Source: Eledone cirrhosa
Lineage: Eukaryota
DNA: 64,000 bases
Reading direction: 5' to 3'
Assembly (NCBI GenBank): GCA_964016885.1
Contig: OZ024741.1
Span: 321,222,001 to 321,286,000 of the forward strand
The notes beneath the pieces are model-generated. The model saw nothing but the letters and a program-made list of their open reading frames with translations. It ran no database searches and was not told the DNA's origin. Positions within the stretch are counted from its first letter, which is position 1; each line of letters starts with the position of its first letter. Positions 51,791-64,000 of this stretch are shown here, one piece after another. Made by a program: the position numbers and the translations under genes.

Positions 51791-52469
51791 GAGAGTAAGT
51801 AAGAAAGAGATACAAGGGAAGAATCGTTCCCAGTACTAAACTGGTACTTTTTTCTCGACCTTGAAAGGATGAAAAGCAAAGTTGACTGCAGTAGGATTTG
51901 AAATCAAAGCACAGAGAGCTGAGATGAAAGCAGTAAAGCTATCCAACGTTCTAAAATCTGCAAATTCGGCTCATATTTAACGATGTTTATATGCGTATGA
52001 GTGTTGTTGCTTTCCAATTCGCTTCGAATATGTAAGTCAATATTATCACTATTGTTTGTAAGAAAGTGATTATTTGTTAAGTAACATCTTTTGTGATTCA
52101 TTTTCTTTAATTCATCTAATATTTTGTTTTCCACAAATGTTTATCTATGGATGTCTATGCTTTTGTTGCTATTACCACTACTGTGGCGAGTAACTCCTTA
52201 CGGCCGCCCACTATAAAATGTTATGTTGAAATATGGCTGAGTGAAAAAAAATATTTTTAAGTGTTCAAATGTATATTATTTTAACTGAGCATAGCAGAGA
52301 ATGTAAAGACAAATTTCTCACCTCTCTTTCTAATAATTTTGCGCAAAACGACTCAAAAGCAAGAATCAATTTTTTAAAGAATCAAGAAAATTTAATCCGT
52401 AGACAAGAGATCAAGTAAACACGTCCTGTCAAGACATGATACAACAAAGATATCATCATCAACAACAAC

Positions 52470-53210
52470 AATAATGGTTTCTTATTTAGGCACAAGGCCA
52501 ACAATTTTGAGGAAAGAGAAAGCCGATTAAATCGAACACGGTACGGTTCTGGTGCTTTATTTTATCGACTCCGTAGGGATGAACGGCAAAGCTAACCTCG
52601 ACAGGGTTTGATCTCAGAATGTAAAAGGACGTAACACATTGCTCAACGCTCTACTGATACTGCCAATCCACCGCCATTATTATTTCTACTTTTGGCACAA
52701 GGCCAGCAATTACCCAGGACATTACTGGTACCTTATTTTATCGACCCCGTAAGGATGAAAGACAAAGTTAACCTCGGCGGGATTTGAACTCAGATCATAA
52801 AGGGACGTAACTCTATGCTTCAAAGCATGGTGTCCCACTCTCTACCGATACTGCGAATCCACCGCCCTTATAATAATAATAATAATGATTTCTATTATAG
52901 ACACCAGGCCAGCAATTTGGAGAGAAGGGAAAGTCGATTAATCGACCCCAGAGCATTACTGGTGCTTTATTTTATTGACCCCGTAAGGATGAAAGGCAAA
53001 CTTAACCTTGTCGGGATTTGAACTCAGAACGTAATGTCCAATATGCTGGGTACAGCAAGAGTCATCAGTAAGGTCTTGGATCTCTAACGAAAGCTAGTTG
53101 TGACACGACCTATAGGGTAACAATTCCAATTTATTTGTGAGAAACATTCATAGAAGTAATAAATTGTTTCTATTTTAGGCACAAGGCCAGTAATTACCCA
53201 GTACATTAGG
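52470..53210 (-). mobile_element. Cluster of four main-family SINEs with a short Dong 3' tip
   Basis: Copies at ~52470, 52680, 52885 and 53160. 53040-53090 on the plus strand encodes MLGTARVISKVLDL*. Confidence 0.85.
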
Positions 53211-53395
53211 AGTTAAATAACAATGGAGATGTGCGACAACGAATTTTCTATATGACACAGATTAAATCTAACATTATTGCCAAAACAGAAATAAAACTTT
53301 TCAAGAAAATGAAAGAAAAATATTTTTAATCAAAATTCAACACAAAAAACTGAACGATTATTCTAGATGCAGCATGTGCTCCTCACTTACATATC

Positions 53396-53596
53396 CAGAG
53401 CTGTCAATCTCTAAAAACTAAAACGGGGAGTACCATGAAAAAAAGTGCCCCCTGAAAATAACGAGGAGAAATGAGGCAAATTGGGGAGATTTTACATAAT
53501 GAAAGCTATACCCATTTTCACAAGAGAAGACATCTGTCACCCACCCCAAAGTGAATGGAATATCTCTCCGTCAGACAGGGAGAGTTGACAGGTCTG
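53396..53596. mobile_element. MITE copy 2 with 6-bp TSD
   Basis: catatc|cagagctgtcaatctct...agagttgacaggtctg|catatc. Confidence 0.8.
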
Positions 53597-54190
53597 CATA
53601 TCTCAGAGAGGCAACATGCAATACACGCCGAAAATTAGATAAACTGGATAAATTATGAACGGAACCACTAAATACAAAAGAACAACTCAGTAATTATGAA
53701 AATAATTCCTTATATAATTCAATGATTATATACAACACACACACGGAAACATGTGACACAAATGAAACAAAAAATAGATCTTCTAAGCACGAACAACACG
53801 GAACAGAACGGAAAATCTCGAAATATACCTATTTGCTTGAATCTACAATAAGAAAAAAAGCAATCAGCTAAACCCGGCGATAAATATGATATAACAACGA
53901 AAAATAGAGGCGAATTTCGAAGTGTTAATCTCATGCAATCACTCTGCGAAAATAGTCCCATAGCACGAAACACACAAACGGTGTCCTTTCAAAAAGTCAC
54001 TTAACGTCAATATCCTAACGAAATGCAACATTAAAAGAGATCGCTGGACAAACGATGGCGACATTGAAATGTTATATTCAACACTGTATCCAAAATACAC
54101 ATTCATTATAAAAGAGATATATGAGCTATGGAGGAAAAAATAACAAAAACGTAAGGAAAAATATTGCAGCAAACACATTAGAAAAAATCT

Positions 54191-54700
54191 TTCTTCTTCT
54201 TCTTCTTCTTCTTCTTCTTCTTCTTCTTCTTCTTCTTCTTCTTCTTCTTCTTCTTCTTCTTCTTCTTCTTCTCTATGAGTGATGGAAGGCAGGAGGCTAA
54301 CGAGTAACGTCACTCCAAAGACCCTTCGAAGGAAACCCATTTCGGCTGCTTGTATTCATGATCGGATTCTTTCGATCATTACCCATGATTCATGAACATA
54401 GGTTAGGATTAGCAGGAATACTGATTTGAAAATAGTAAGTTTGGTTTTTACACCTCCCATATTTTTTCTAATAGCCGAATACTGAAGCTGGTGCATTACT
54501 GCACCAGCTCCTGCAATCTTGCACTTAATTTAGCCTCCTGCCTTCCATCACCCGTAAACACGTCACCGAGATACTTGAACTTCTGAACCTGCTTCAGTGG
54601 AACTCCACTGACAAGTCGAGCACACTGTGCTGGCTTACTTGTTAGCGGAAATTCCTTTCCAGTTTTGGCCGCAGGATGCAGCCGAAACATCGCCTCAACC
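54191..54700 (-). mobile_element. Rex3/Expander-like RTE fragment with (GAA)n
   Basis: LKQVQKFKYLGDVFTGDGRQEAKLSAR...MGFLRRVFGVTL, homologous to 22335-22620. Confidence 0.85.
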
Positions 54701-56379
54701 TAGGTACAAAATCTATCCCCCTCTTCCCTTCCCTCTCTCTTTCTCCCGCTGCTTTTTCCCTCCTTTTTTCATATTCATGGCATTTATAGTCCTTTCCTCT
54801 ACTTTCCTATACAGCCAGATCTGCTCTTCGTTACCCTTTCCTCCTTGTTTTTTCATTACTTCATTTTGTCTTTTATCTTTTCTTAATATTATCATCATTG
54901 TATAACTTCTGTTTGTAAAATATAGTTGACATAAAATAAAACCATACCTACGGAACTGTCCAGGCAACTGATAAACGGCACAGTACAACAAATCAAACAC
55001 ACACAACAAATGAAACAAAATTAAAACACAAAGAGAAGTACCATAGAAACACACAATAAAATACATAGTCACGACAAAAAAAAAATTCTCATCTCCACAC
55101 CAATTAACAAACATAATAAAAACATAACGCATGACAGATTCATTAGGACAGATATTGAGGAGGGCCTGGTTGAAACAATAAAGGAAATAGAAGAGAGCAT
55201 CCGAAAATCAATAATGAAGAACCAGTGTAAAAACCATCCTCAACTACAGCTGAATAGACATAACTATGAAAGAATAAATATACATAATAGAGTCCTGCAA
55301 TAATGTATACTGATGACAACATATTGTCTGAATATAAACTGACTGAATGATCTGATATATTCAGTTGCACTAGAGATATTAAGAGTAATTCAAACAGAAT
55401 ATAACTGCAAAAACATGCCACATAAAACGCTATCAAAGGCATGAAGGCTTCTTTGAATAAAAATATTTCAGGGTAAATAACAAACGATTCAATAAAAAAT
55501 ATCAACAAGAAAACCGTAACAATAAATGATACACCAAAACCATCGGAAATTGACATCAACCGAGAAGGAATATAGTGCAGAGAAGACCAGCATAGCAAAA
55601 TAATAATTTCTAATTTAGGCACAAGAACAGCAATTTGTGGGGAGAGGAAATCCAAGTAAATCTACTCCAGTACCTGGTTGTTACTCTATTTTAATGACTC
55701 TGGAAATAGAGATAAGGGTGAATGGAGTCTCCAAGGTTTTTTGAAACAGTTATATTTCCTTCCCCTTCGCCTGTTGCCATATACATTTCTTTGACAAGAA
55801 CGCACTCTTGCTTGTGACATACCGTACTCCTTTCATTTTGTTCTTATGTCTGGTGTTCAATACAATGCTATCAAAATAAGATATTGTTGTCTTAGTGTTT
55901 TCATTAATATCATATTTGTTTCAGTTATTTTTTATAATCTAATTTCAAATTTTCAAACGAAACTTTTTTAAGCGTTTATGTTATCAACTTTACAACTAGC
56001 ACCACCTCCGGATACACTAGTTATGGCTATATTGAACAATAACAATAATTAAGTTGGTGTTTTGTAAAAAAAAATGTGTTCACGTTAAAAATGACTAAGA
56101 ACGCAGCTTTACTTCTGAGGTGATGTTCAAATATTTAGAGTTCCTTTATTGGTAAGCAAAACCAAAATATAACTGTTTTCATTAAATAATCCCGGAAGAA
56201 AATATCGTATAAGAAGAGCTCAACGAACCCTGACTGATCACAAAGAATAAAAACAAAATAATATTATCAATATTAATAACAATCCTTTGTTTATTACTCA
56301 TAAGAGTATATATACCATACACAATGTGTCATATAAAAGGGGTTACAAAACATATGTGTATATACATAGACATACTAAA

Positions 56380-56830
56380 CGGGGAGTGGGGAATGTGATG
56401 TAAATTTAAAATCTTGTCGACAAAATTACAAATGAAGGTGACCCATCCATATAAGGGTGTGAAGCTGCCTTCCAGATAGGGTCAGGGCGCCGCTCGATTC
56501 TGATCAACTTCTGAAAACATGAATCTCCGAAATTATCCATAAGCTATATCGCCCTTTGCAGAGCTATGAAGTAAATCTACATTGATTTGTCAACAATCTT
56601 TGTCAACAATCATGCCTTATCTCTATCAACAAGCGACTCAATTATTCCTTAATTCGATGCACAATGGAAACTCATTCCATTTTCTGAAAATCAAATTTAC
56701 GTCCTCTTCTTCTTTAGCCTTTCCTAGATATACGCGTATTTGTCGGGCAAGGAGGAACTCTCCTTTATAATAAACATCACCCATGCCTTCTTTTCCTTGC
56801 GCTGATTTAAATCAAGTCATTTCTATTTTT
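56380..56830 (-). mobile_element. Possible L1/Tx1 ORF2 3' remnant
   Basis: Weak resemblance (FQKLIRIERR) to Tx1 C-termini. Confidence 0.3.
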
Positions 56831-57228
56831 CTGCAATGTTAGAAGATTATGGAATGTTGTTGTTGATGTTATCGTGCTGTTTGTCTGGTTTTGCTTTGTT
56901 TGCTGTCATTTAAATTATTGTCTCCAGCAATATTGTTTAATATTTATTTTACATATGTAAGTGTCTAAAATAAAAGTTTTGCCTGAATTTTATTATTAAT
57001 AATTTTGCGAGAGATGCTTCTGTACATTACTGCTACCATTATCAACAACAACAACACCAACACCACTGGTACTTTATATCATCGAGCTCGGAAATATAAA
57101 AGACGAAGTTTGAACTCAGACACAAAAGACCTTATCAAATATATACAGCAAAGTCTTTCGCCGGCGCTCTAACGATTCTGCCATCATGATTATTTTTAAT
57201 TTTAACATGAGGCAAAAAGTTTTAGAAA

Positions 57229-57296
<68 letters not shown>

Positions 57297-57797
57297 GAGA
57301 AGTAGGAAGACGGAGAGGTTATTTGTGACAATGACAATGAGGATGATAACCATCATCAGCCACAGCAGCAACAGAAGCAACATAATCCTGAATGGTGGTG
57401 GTGGTAGTGGTGGTGGTGGTGGTGGTGTTGTCGGGGGTGGCGTCGGCGGTGGCGTCGGCGGCGACGGAGACTTCGATAATAATGATAATATAGTTTAATA
57501 GTAAACAATTTTACACAGAAATCTTTACAAAAATCAAATATGAGAAACAACAAAATAAAAACCAATAAAAATGGAAAACCAGTAGAAAATAAACAATGAT
57601 TCCAGCAGTTCCACATTACCATAGTAATTCTATTAAAATAACATGTCTCTGATTTCTACAGTAAACATTTGAATTCATTGAAATAACATCAAGAATTTTG
57701 TATTGCATCCCAAACTTTTCTATATCGTGTGTGAGCATGTGTGAGTGATTGTCTATAAGTATATATATATACATGCATATATATGTGTGTATATATA

Positions 57798-57854
<57 letters not shown>

Positions 57855-57909
57855 AATTTCTATACCTTTCATTTATATATATATATATATATATATATGC
57901 CTATATATA

Positions 57910-57945
<36 letters not shown>

Positions 57946-58358
57946 GCCAAATCTATGCATATACATAATTATTTGATATTTATGGTGGCTGTTTACTTCG
58001 CCGAAACAACCGGTTTTTCAAAAGTTTTGAAAAACCGCTAGCTTCGCCAAAATTTTGTGTCGATGTATTTATGTGTGTATATATGTATGTGAATGTATGT
58101 ATGTATGAATGAAAGCATGTATGTATGCATGTATTATAATTATGCAATAAATGAAGGAATCATATCCTGTTTATAGAATCAAGAGATAATTATTAATATT
58201 TATTAATAGCAATTGTTTATTTCTTGGTTGTTTGAACAATTTCATGTGATAAAAGAAGGAGCCCTCGGTATTGTGAAAATAGAGAGAAATATTTAGCATT
58301 CATGTGGAATCAATCAAACTATAATACTATACGCTTCATTTCGATTCCGTGGATGTGA

Positions 58359-58430
58359 TTATTTTCAAAGATAATTGTATTTTCAAAGATAATTGTATTT
58401 TCAAAAATAATTGTATTTTCCAAAATAATA
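58359..58430. repeat. 18-bp minisatellite, about 4 copies
   Basis: Unit tattttcaaagataattg. Confidence 0.85.
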
Positions 58431-58530
58431 CATTGAATCTCTGCAGGTTGGAGTAGAGTTAAAATGTATAGCATTGCAATTTGACGGGTCCCTCACGAAT
58501 AAACTATATACATATATATGTGTGTGTGTG

Positions 58531-58576
<46 letters not shown>

Positions 58577-58578
<2 letters not shown>

Positions 58579-59550
58579 GATTGCTATTTCTTGTCAGAAG
58601 AGTACCATCCCTTTATTGAACATTGCATGATCATGAGCATGCAGGTAATTTTTCATACCAGCTTTTGATTTCCAAGCACGTTCACAGATGTGATATTTGA
58701 ACTGTCTGTCTCCTAGCATCACATTCTTGGGTGTGTCTTCATGTATTGCACCATTTCTGGTCAGTTCACCATCTGACTTGAAAATTAAACCACTCATTGC
58801 AAATGTACCACGAAGGGTGTGGTGGTAAAACCATCTCACAAGTGGTTTGATTTCTCCCTGGTTTGTGTGACTTCAAACAGTTGACAACTCCAGCTCTTGG
58901 TAAAATAAATCGTCCGCATAAATTGTATTTTTGTTTTTCTTTATATCTTATTAATGGTCTGCCTACATTACGTGCACCATTATGAGGTTGATTGTATATA
59001 CCTTGGGGTGTGCGGTCCCCTGTCATCGGTAGGACATGGCCAGCCCATCTGAGTTTGGGATTGCATCAAAAATTACTCTGAACCCACCGATGTTGCACCT
59101 CGTGAACAGATCGGCATTGGAGATTCTGTCAGAAAGTGCATAGCCACAGATAGAGCAAAGGCAATGTTTGTAGAAAACATCAAGCTTATAAATGTGGGAA
59201 AGATAAAGTGTTCATGACTCAGAGCTATTTAAGAGTGTTGTCAGTACCTCTGCACGATAAACTGCAACTTTCGTTTTCAGGGATATACCTCTGACATCCT
59301 ATAGACTACGATATAGTTTGCCAAAGACATCAATTGCTTTAAAGATGCGATTAACCATCTGATGTGCCAAGGTAAATAAAGGAGTTCACATACTTCCGAT
59401 ATTTGCCTTCAACAGTGATGGGAACATTGGGATACCGTCCCCCGGCTATCCTTGCCCAATATCTACTTGTCTGGGAGAGTGTTTGGCCTTGATTGATGTA
59501 CCACCCCAGTCTTCTTAATACTGATTGTTAAACCAAATGCTTTACAACTC
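58577..59550 (-). mobile_element. Decayed RTE 3' part
   Basis: KLRWAGHVL, GARNVGRPLIRYKE, a degenerate zinc finger (HICERAWKSKAGMKNYLHAH) and a (CA)n tail. Confidence 0.8.
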
Positions 59551-59669
59551 ACTTATCTGAGATAGAGACGTAGGTCGGTAGAAAGATTAGGAGACAGTCA
59601 GATATATATATGTACATATATATATATAGAGAGAGAGGGGGGTAGTTATATATATATATATATATATAT

Positions 59670-59753
<84 letters not shown>

Positions 59754-59754
59754 G

Positions 59755-59815
<61 letters not shown>

Positions 59816-60119
59816 ATAATTATTGTTAGGCTACCATAAATGCAGTACACGACCAAAATCTCTTGAACTGTAAAACCTTATAACTCAGTGGGTTAACATA
59901 CACGGACTTAAATATAGTCACAGACATACACATACACACACATACACACACACATATACACGCATACATACATACATACATACATACATACATACATACA
60001 TACATACATACATACATACATACATGCATGCATGCATGCATGCATGCATGCATGCATACATACATACATACATACATACATACATACATACATACATACA
60101 TACATACATACATACATAC

Positions 60120-63100
60120 ATGCTAGCAGTCACCCCGTGATCGGGTATGGCTATCAAATGACAACAGCTTAAGTCCTGTGAGTGTTGTGAACGGATATAG
60201 CTTTTTAGGCCTGCAAATGATTTACAGTGTTTTACACATAGTTGACAGGTGTGCAACGCTCTCGATATAACATTATGTTTGCCTTTGAGGCTCATTATGC
60301 TCTTTGGTGTGCCGTTTGGCGGCGCCAGCAGACCTGGATTCTTTGCCACAGGTTCTGCATATGTATATTGCATGTCTAGCCATGGCAATTCGGTAATCGG
60401 CAGGAGCTCTATAATGATGACCGCGGAGATTACTTTTCTTACCAGTCTTACTGAATAGAATCTGTTCCTGATTTCGCATGTTAAACAATTGATATCACCA
60501 GTCTGTTGTGGTAAATCGACAACGAGACTCTTTCGTACATTCCTTTTAAATTTCTCATGTTGTACCTGAAATGTCTCGAAAACAATTTTTCCTTGATAGA
60601 CCATCTTTCTTAATTTACTTCTATCAAAAGTTTTAGTAACCCATGTTGCAATATTGATGTTAGCTCGGATAAGTGACTCTTTAAGACAGTTGTTGTATCT
60701 CTTCCTGGGCTTATGAAGTGATCACTTTCCGCTAGCCAGTTCTACATACATCATCCTCTTAGCAAGAAGGCTGTCGTCCATGTGCACCATGTGACCAGTC
60801 CATCTCAGCCTGTTTATTAGAATCAGAGATTTGCTGCTCCCAGAGACCGTTCTCTCAAGAATCTCAGTGTCACTTATGTGGTATCTCCAGTCAATTCAAG
60901 TAATCCTTCTGAGACTCATTTGAAGAAATCTTTATTGTTTATAGTGATGCCCGTAAGTTACCCATGTTTCACAAGCTATATCCGTTCACAACACTCACAG
61001 GACTTAAGCTGTTGTCATTTGATAGCCATAGCCGATCACGGGGTGACTGCCAGCATGTATGTATGTATGTATGTATGTATGTATGTATGTTGTGAGAACA
61101 CATACATTGTACACTTTTACTTTTGTCTGAAGTGAGATCCCATGTTGGGACCATAGACGTGCCTCAAGCTTCCCAAAAGCATGATTTGCTTTCTGAAGCC
61201 TGAGATTCACTTCATTATCCAAGTTGCAAGATCAGTGCTCCTAAAATAAACAAACTGTTCTCCTACTCCAAAGCGCTTCCCATACACAAAGATATTAGGC
61301 GCACTGTATTGGCTTCCGGGTGCATATTGCAGTATCACCACAGTTTTCTTGAAACTTATTGTCAACTACAAAGCAGTGCAAACCTCCTGGAAAGTATCCA
61401 TTAGGTATTGCCTATTCTCTTCTCTGTGATCCACAAGTCATCGTCGTAGTGCAAATTCTGCACCAATATGAAATGCCTGATCTTGAAGACAGTTGTTCGA
61501 AAGCGGAATAAACACAATATTTATAGACCCCGAAAGTCAGTTGAAATACCAAAGCAAACAGAGTAAGATTAAAAATATCTCCCTGCTTCACTACATTCCT
61601 GGCATTTATGGGTTCAGACAGCTTTCCACCCACAATTACGTGAGAAACCATGCCGTTATGAAATCCATTCAAAATACTCAGAAATATTAAGGCTCCCAAG
61701 CTTCTCCAAAGTTCTCCACAAAGTCCCTCTGTTCATTGTGTCAAAAGCCTTAGTGAGATCAACAAATACTTGGTACAAATCCATACCTAAGCTCTTCTCT
61801 CGCAATTGTTTAGCAGAAAAGATCATGTCAGCTGTACTACGTTCCTTATTGGGATTCCGAAAGAGCACCTGGCAATGTGCGTAAGCAACCCGTCCAACAA
61901 AATCCTGCACAAAACCTTCCCTACCACAAAGAGCAAAGATATACCTCGATAGATGCGACAATCGCTTACTCTTATACAAGACAACCATCACAGCATCTCG
62001 CCCATCAGGGGGCACAGTTTCATTGTTCCAGATGTCATGTATGATGACATAAAGTTGTTTCATTAGGTTCTCACCTCCATATTTCAGAGGTTCTGCATTA
62101 ATTCCGTCCATTCCAGGAGGTTTGCCTCTATTTAGTTTTGTCACTGCTGTCTCCACTTCCTCAAATGAAGGATCACTGGCTAAAGCATGCTTCACAGGGT
62201 TGTCAGTTGGACTGTTTAAAGAAGCCTCATGAATATTCGATTGCAGATTAAGATCATCAAAATGTTGTGATCATCTTCTTAGAATACCCAGTAGATCTCA
62301 AACGAGCTCATTTCCGTCCTATTGCGAAGAGACACAATCAGGGAAGAAGCTTATCCGTAAATCACACGCGAAAGATAATAAATTTGCTTTTAGTTATGAG
62401 ATTCTGATGCAGCCTGGATCTCATCAGCTTTCCTATTCCCTTATGTAACCCGCATCTGACGAAGCCTTTTTGTTGTAGACACCTTGATTGCATCCAAGTC
62501 ACTTGCCAGCCTTTTTCCCCCACAGTATTATGCCTGTTTTTAAGAAGGTTCAACAAAACCTTTCACTTCTCCTTCAAGATCTTGTCTACCTCCTTACCAT
62601 TCTCATTGAACCAGTCCTAATGGCGATTCTTCACATAACCGAGAATCTCAGCACCAACACTGTGCCTCTTTAAAAGGTGCCCTTTTAAAAGGCGGCCATT
62701 TGTCCTCACATGGTTAGTAATGCTCTTGTACGCTTCCAGAACCCTTTTGTTCCTCAAACGTGAGGCATTAAAACTTTTGGGCACAACCACGGGGTGGATT
62801 TTACTCTTGCTTTACACACAAGTGTAAGTTGTTCATGAACTAAACGATGGTATGTACAACACTCATCCCCATGAAGGACCCTGATCGACCGAACGTCACA
62901 AATACCACACTTCCGCACAAGAATGTAATCCAACAAGTGCTATTGTTTAGATCCTAGATGCATCAAGATGGTTTAAACTTATCGTTTTGCTGGAACATAG
63001 TGTTAATTAAGCATAACCCCATCTCCTCGCACATTTGAAACAAAAGTAGTCCGTTACTGTTGTAATGACCAACACCATGCTTGTCAATCACACTCCATGT

Positions 63101-63790
63101 TTCGTGGTCTTTACCTACCTTAGTATTAAAGTCACCTTCGATGACAACCTTATCTGCCATAAGTATACTGCGTGCTACAGCTTTTAAAGCTTTGTAGAAA
63201 GATAGTTTCTCTTCTTCAGAGGCAGATACTGTCGGAGCGTATACACTAACTAAAGTAACATAACAACGTTTTTGCAGTGGAATTTTCGTGGACATCAAAT
63301 GTTCGTTTTACCCAATAGGAATTCCTCTAGCCTGGGCATAAGTTCTGATTTCACTGCAAAGGTCACTCCAGTCTCTCTTCTTAGCCCCTCCACTTTATCT
63401 TTCCAAAAGAAAATGTAGTTACCAGCGCATTCCATTATTCCGACGACGTAGTATCAAACAGTGTTCTCACATTCCAACAACCAATATTTAATTATCTCAA
63501 AGGTTTCAATTGTTTCAAAGGTGTTAATGGTTTCAAATGTTTCACTGCGGTATTGGGATGACCACCGGGCTTGGAGTACAGTATCCCAGGACACCTGCCG
63601 GGCCAGACCCTTATTGCCTCATTTTCATCAGGTCACCTTTTAAGGCTACAGTCAGCTATTCACATTAATCAAAGATCCTGTGATATCGAATGATACCTGT
63701 GCATGATGCTTTTTTAAAGTGAAGAAAGACCTTGCACTGGACCAATCCCGCTCACTGAGCAGCATTAGCTATAATCCGGTTACTTGGTTG
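60120..63790 (-). mobile_element. Decayed near full-length RTE related to the intact copy
   Basis: APE (VSVYAPT, GDFNTKVG), RT (VFVDLTKAFD, VKQGD) and zinc-finger remnants (CRTCGKE, CQLCVKHCKSFAGLKSYIRSQH). There is 5'UTR similarity at 63690-63780 and a (TGTA)n tail. Confidence 0.9.
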
Positions 63791-64000
63791 TCTGCTCAAT
63801 ATAAAACTTGACCACTTCAGTGTACATATCCTCAGTTCTGGCATCGGATCTAATGTGGAATTTTCGACCAGACATACTTTTTAAAAGATGTCCATATAAA
63901 TTTTACATTAATTTTAGTGCAGCCTGAATTGCCTGTGTTGTCTAATCTTGATGAACTTTAAAATGTCTCTTTAAACCTCCTTGAGATTTGCAGATCGTGT

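Noticed and set aside
58010-58037. Hairpin cggtttttcaaaagttttgaaaaaccg resembling a terminator
   Set aside because: The context is eukaryotic with no associated gene, and it is probably part of an unrecognised repeat.

Overview
This is a repeat-saturated, AT-rich eukaryotic window. The microsatellite load and the SINE/LINE families resemble an octopus or other coleoid cephalopod genome, which is an inference. No host protein-coding exon could be supported, and almost all short ORFs in the track are microsatellite or antisense artefacts. The only intact long ORF is an RTE-clade LINE (44593-48138, minus, 1181 aa) with APE endonuclease, RT and three C-terminal C2H2 zinc fingers. Around it are non-autonomous 5'UTR+3'end RTE derivatives, decayed RTE and Rex3/Expander copies, a near full-length broken Dong/R4 LINE, CRE and L1/Tx1 remnants, more than 25 tRNA-derived SINE copies including a 159-bp tandem array, a non-autonomous Helitron, hAT and Mariner remnants, and several Penelope-like (PLE) fragments. 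The most striking pattern is a set of about ten short PLE-terminal units, mostly in (TA)n tracts, carrying type I hammerhead ribozyme motifs. Four have a complete core. Several others are fold-back palindromes whose apex sits on a hammerhead stem, suggesting ribozyme-hairpin-primed snap-back during retrotransposition. All calls were made by eye, and boundaries of decayed elements are approximate.
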